The notes below the pieces were generated by a model. The model did no database searches. It saw only the letters and a program-made list of their open reading frames with translations, and was not told the DNA's origin. DNA of 64,000 bases from Lama glama (lineage: Eukaryota), in assembly GCA_028534125.1 (NCBI GenBank), contig CM052823.1, positions 9,796,001 through 9,860,000 on the forward strand, read 5' to 3'. Positions 61,629 through 64,000 of this stretch are shown one piece after another. Made by a program: the position numbers and the translations under genes. The stretch's first letter is position 1, and the number at the start of each line of letters is the position of its first letter.

Positions 61629-64000
61629 AGATGATACGCATGAAAGTCCAAGAACGCGGCAGACGCACAGTGAGTCTTCAATGACCACGCGCTGCTGTTA
61701 CAGTCATCTTCCACCTGCTCGGGGACCTCCGTGTCACAGCACACCCCACCCCAGGAATGTTAAGACCCGAGGCTGGCTCATTCCCTTCCTGTGCGCCCTC
61801 TCTGAGCTTCAGGCCCTGCAGACAGAGGGGTGAGTAGCTACAGTCCTGCCTTCACAGCGGGAAGAAGGATGCCACCCACATGTCACAGCTAAGATGCACA
61901 AGGGGAGGGCCTCGGAGGGAGGGAGAAGCACAAACCAGCACCCTGAGGCTCCGGCTTGTCCTGCATCATAAATGCTGAGGCTCAGGGGACTGGAGGCCCA
62001 ACCTAAGCCTTCCTGGGCCGGCCATCCAGACACGAAGGCCTTGAGCGTGAGCCACAAAGCCCACTCAGCTCGCTCCAAAATGAGGATCGTTAAGACAACG
62101 GCAAGTTTGACAATTACAACACTAGACTTGTCTGTGTTGACCACGCTGTGCACTACATCTCTAGTGCTTATCTACTAAGTATCATAAGTTTGTACCCTTA
62201 TACATGTTAAAAAAAAAAAAGGCAACACAGGCCTCCGAGTCACTGTAGGTATCTGGCTGATCCGCAGACTCGAGCCCCTCAAGACGCAATCTCATCAAGG
62301 CTCCAATGGCCCAGGGAGGTGAGTTCAGATGAACTGAAACATTTCCCAGTCAACGTGCTGTGCACTTGCAGCCAAAGGACAAACACGCCGTTCTTATCCA
62401 CAGGGAGCTCCCAACATGGGGCCATGACTGAGAGGGGGTGGTCAGACTGCGAGTGTGTCCACACCAGGCAGCCCAGATGTACAGAGGGAGGGCAGCGCTG
62501 TTCAGACTGTGGGGCATCTGGGAGGGGCTTTGTGAGGGAGGCATCGCACAAACCAAACTGGAAAGACGGAGAGGGAGCAGGGCCAGGCAGAGGGAAGGGC
62601 AGGGGCAAGGCAGGAAGATGGGGACCCTCAGGGTGGGCTTGGGAAGTCGGTGGGCTGCTGGGCCCCAGCGCAGGGAGCAGGACAGGAGATGGGCGTCATT
62701 CAGCACACGATTATTAGCATCTGGTACGTGCTGGGTACTGTTCGAAATCCTGTTGGACATACTTAAGCAGGAGCCACGGCTGTTTTGGTCACTAGCGTAG
62801 TCAGTCACCCGGAGGGGTCACATGGAGAGGCTGTGTTCCCTCTACCATCAGGGATGAGAGTCCTGGAGGAGAAGGGGGAGCCTCCGTGCAAAGACTGGGG
62901 GACAGCAAGTGTGCATTTAGTCCTTTCTTCCCTTCCAGCCTCCTGTGACTGGGGCGGGGCCTCTGGAAGCGAGCGGAAGGCTGTTTTCTGATGCGCCATG
63001 TGCTCCAATGTCACCCCTCATGCCCACTGCCACCAGCACCCACCCCTCCCCCCGCCCGCACAGGTGTTGCTGTCTGTGTACACACTTGTTCCATCCTGTT
63101 TATGGATAAACATTTGTGCTTTCCCTGCCTCTTCCTTTTATCCTCTTCAAGGACAGCAATCCCACCCCCTTCACTTTGGGGCTCTCCCCTGCTTCTTCCT
63201 CTTGGCCTTCCCACCCCCTCCGCCCCCCAGAGCCTAGCAGAGGGCTCTGCCCAGAGAGGAGGGGGCGTCACCATGGAGGTAACCGCGACCATCATGGATG
63301 CGGGCCATTCAGTGAAGGTTTGGGACCCTCACACGCCAAGGCTGGGTGCTGGGTGGTGAGCTGAGTTGCTCCCAGCACATTTGGAAAGACAGCAAATTAC
63401 GTGACACACCATTCATCATCTAATTATAAAAGCAATAGTGGAGTGACAGCAAAGATAGTGAACCCTGCCTGAGTGGGTCAGCTGTTTACCTGGGTGCTGA
63501 AAAGAGCAGCTGAAGTCACCAGGTAGAGGACATGGGGAAAGATGTCGCACAGGGCAAAGGGGAGCGAGTGCCAACGCAGCGAGGAAGCCTCCGAGTGTGA
63601 GTGAGGTGGTCAGGGAGGTGCAGCCATGGAGCCAGGGGTTCCATATACCCTAAGAAATTTCTTCATCATCATTCTGAAGACTAACCAAGGAGGGATGTGC
63701 ACTGTGACAGCCATCAGAAAGGCGGTCACGTGGACAGCAGAGTAGGGGCCAAACCCTCAGGCACTGTCAATCTGTATCCTTAACACAGCATGAAGTCCTC
63801 AAGTGCCTTATGTCCCGAGGGGTGCTGGCTGAGCAGCAGCCACTGGCCACAAGTTGGTGGTCAACTGACTACGGAACACAGAGTGCCCTTCGGCAGCGCG
63901 TAGGACCAAATTCACTTCCAGGCTGCAGTCGTCTGAGCGTGCTCCGCGGCGGTAACACCCCTGGATCCCGACTGTGTGCTCAGCCCCTGCTGGTCTGCTC

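Larger units (their letters stand above)
11678..64000 (-). other. SLC24A4: Large upstream intron of SLC24A4 (intron 2 by human numbering), incomplete in this window
   Basis: I found no NCKX4 N-terminal exon (…KNCTDP) upstream of 11677. The sequence is repeat-rich and non-coding, and the orthologous human intron is recalled as about 100 kb. Confidence 0.8.

Overview
This is mammalian genomic DNA, very probably from a camelid (alpaca/camel lineage), judged from its tRNA-derived vic-1-type SINEs. The window lies entirely inside SLC24A4 (NCKX4, K+-dependent Na+/Ca2+ exchanger 4) on the minus strand. Seven GT-AG coding exons lie between 11677 and 482 (77+75+85+104+75+26+54 = 496 nt; exons 3-9 by recalled human numbering). 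They splice into one open frame covering the first TM cluster and the alpha-1 repeat (...[42 protein letters not shown]...). Positions 11678-64000 are part of one very large upstream intron, filled with L1, L2, MIR, MaLR/ERVL/ERV1 LTRs, hAT MITEs and lineage-specific SINEs, with a 135-N gap. Apart from ORFs that overlap these exons or L1 ORF2 remnants, the ORF track looks like noise. I found no convincing previously undescribed biological system. The most notable items are a 79-bp dispersed duplication carrying EBF/E-box/homeodomain-like motifs, a twin-primed inverted L1, a three-layer nested LTR that predicts the gap content, a 26-nt microexon followed by an exon with a GAG acceptor, strong CTCF motifs and a compact overlapping-hairpin cluster. 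Repeat family names come from recalled consensus sequences and their boundaries are approximate unless TSDs are given.
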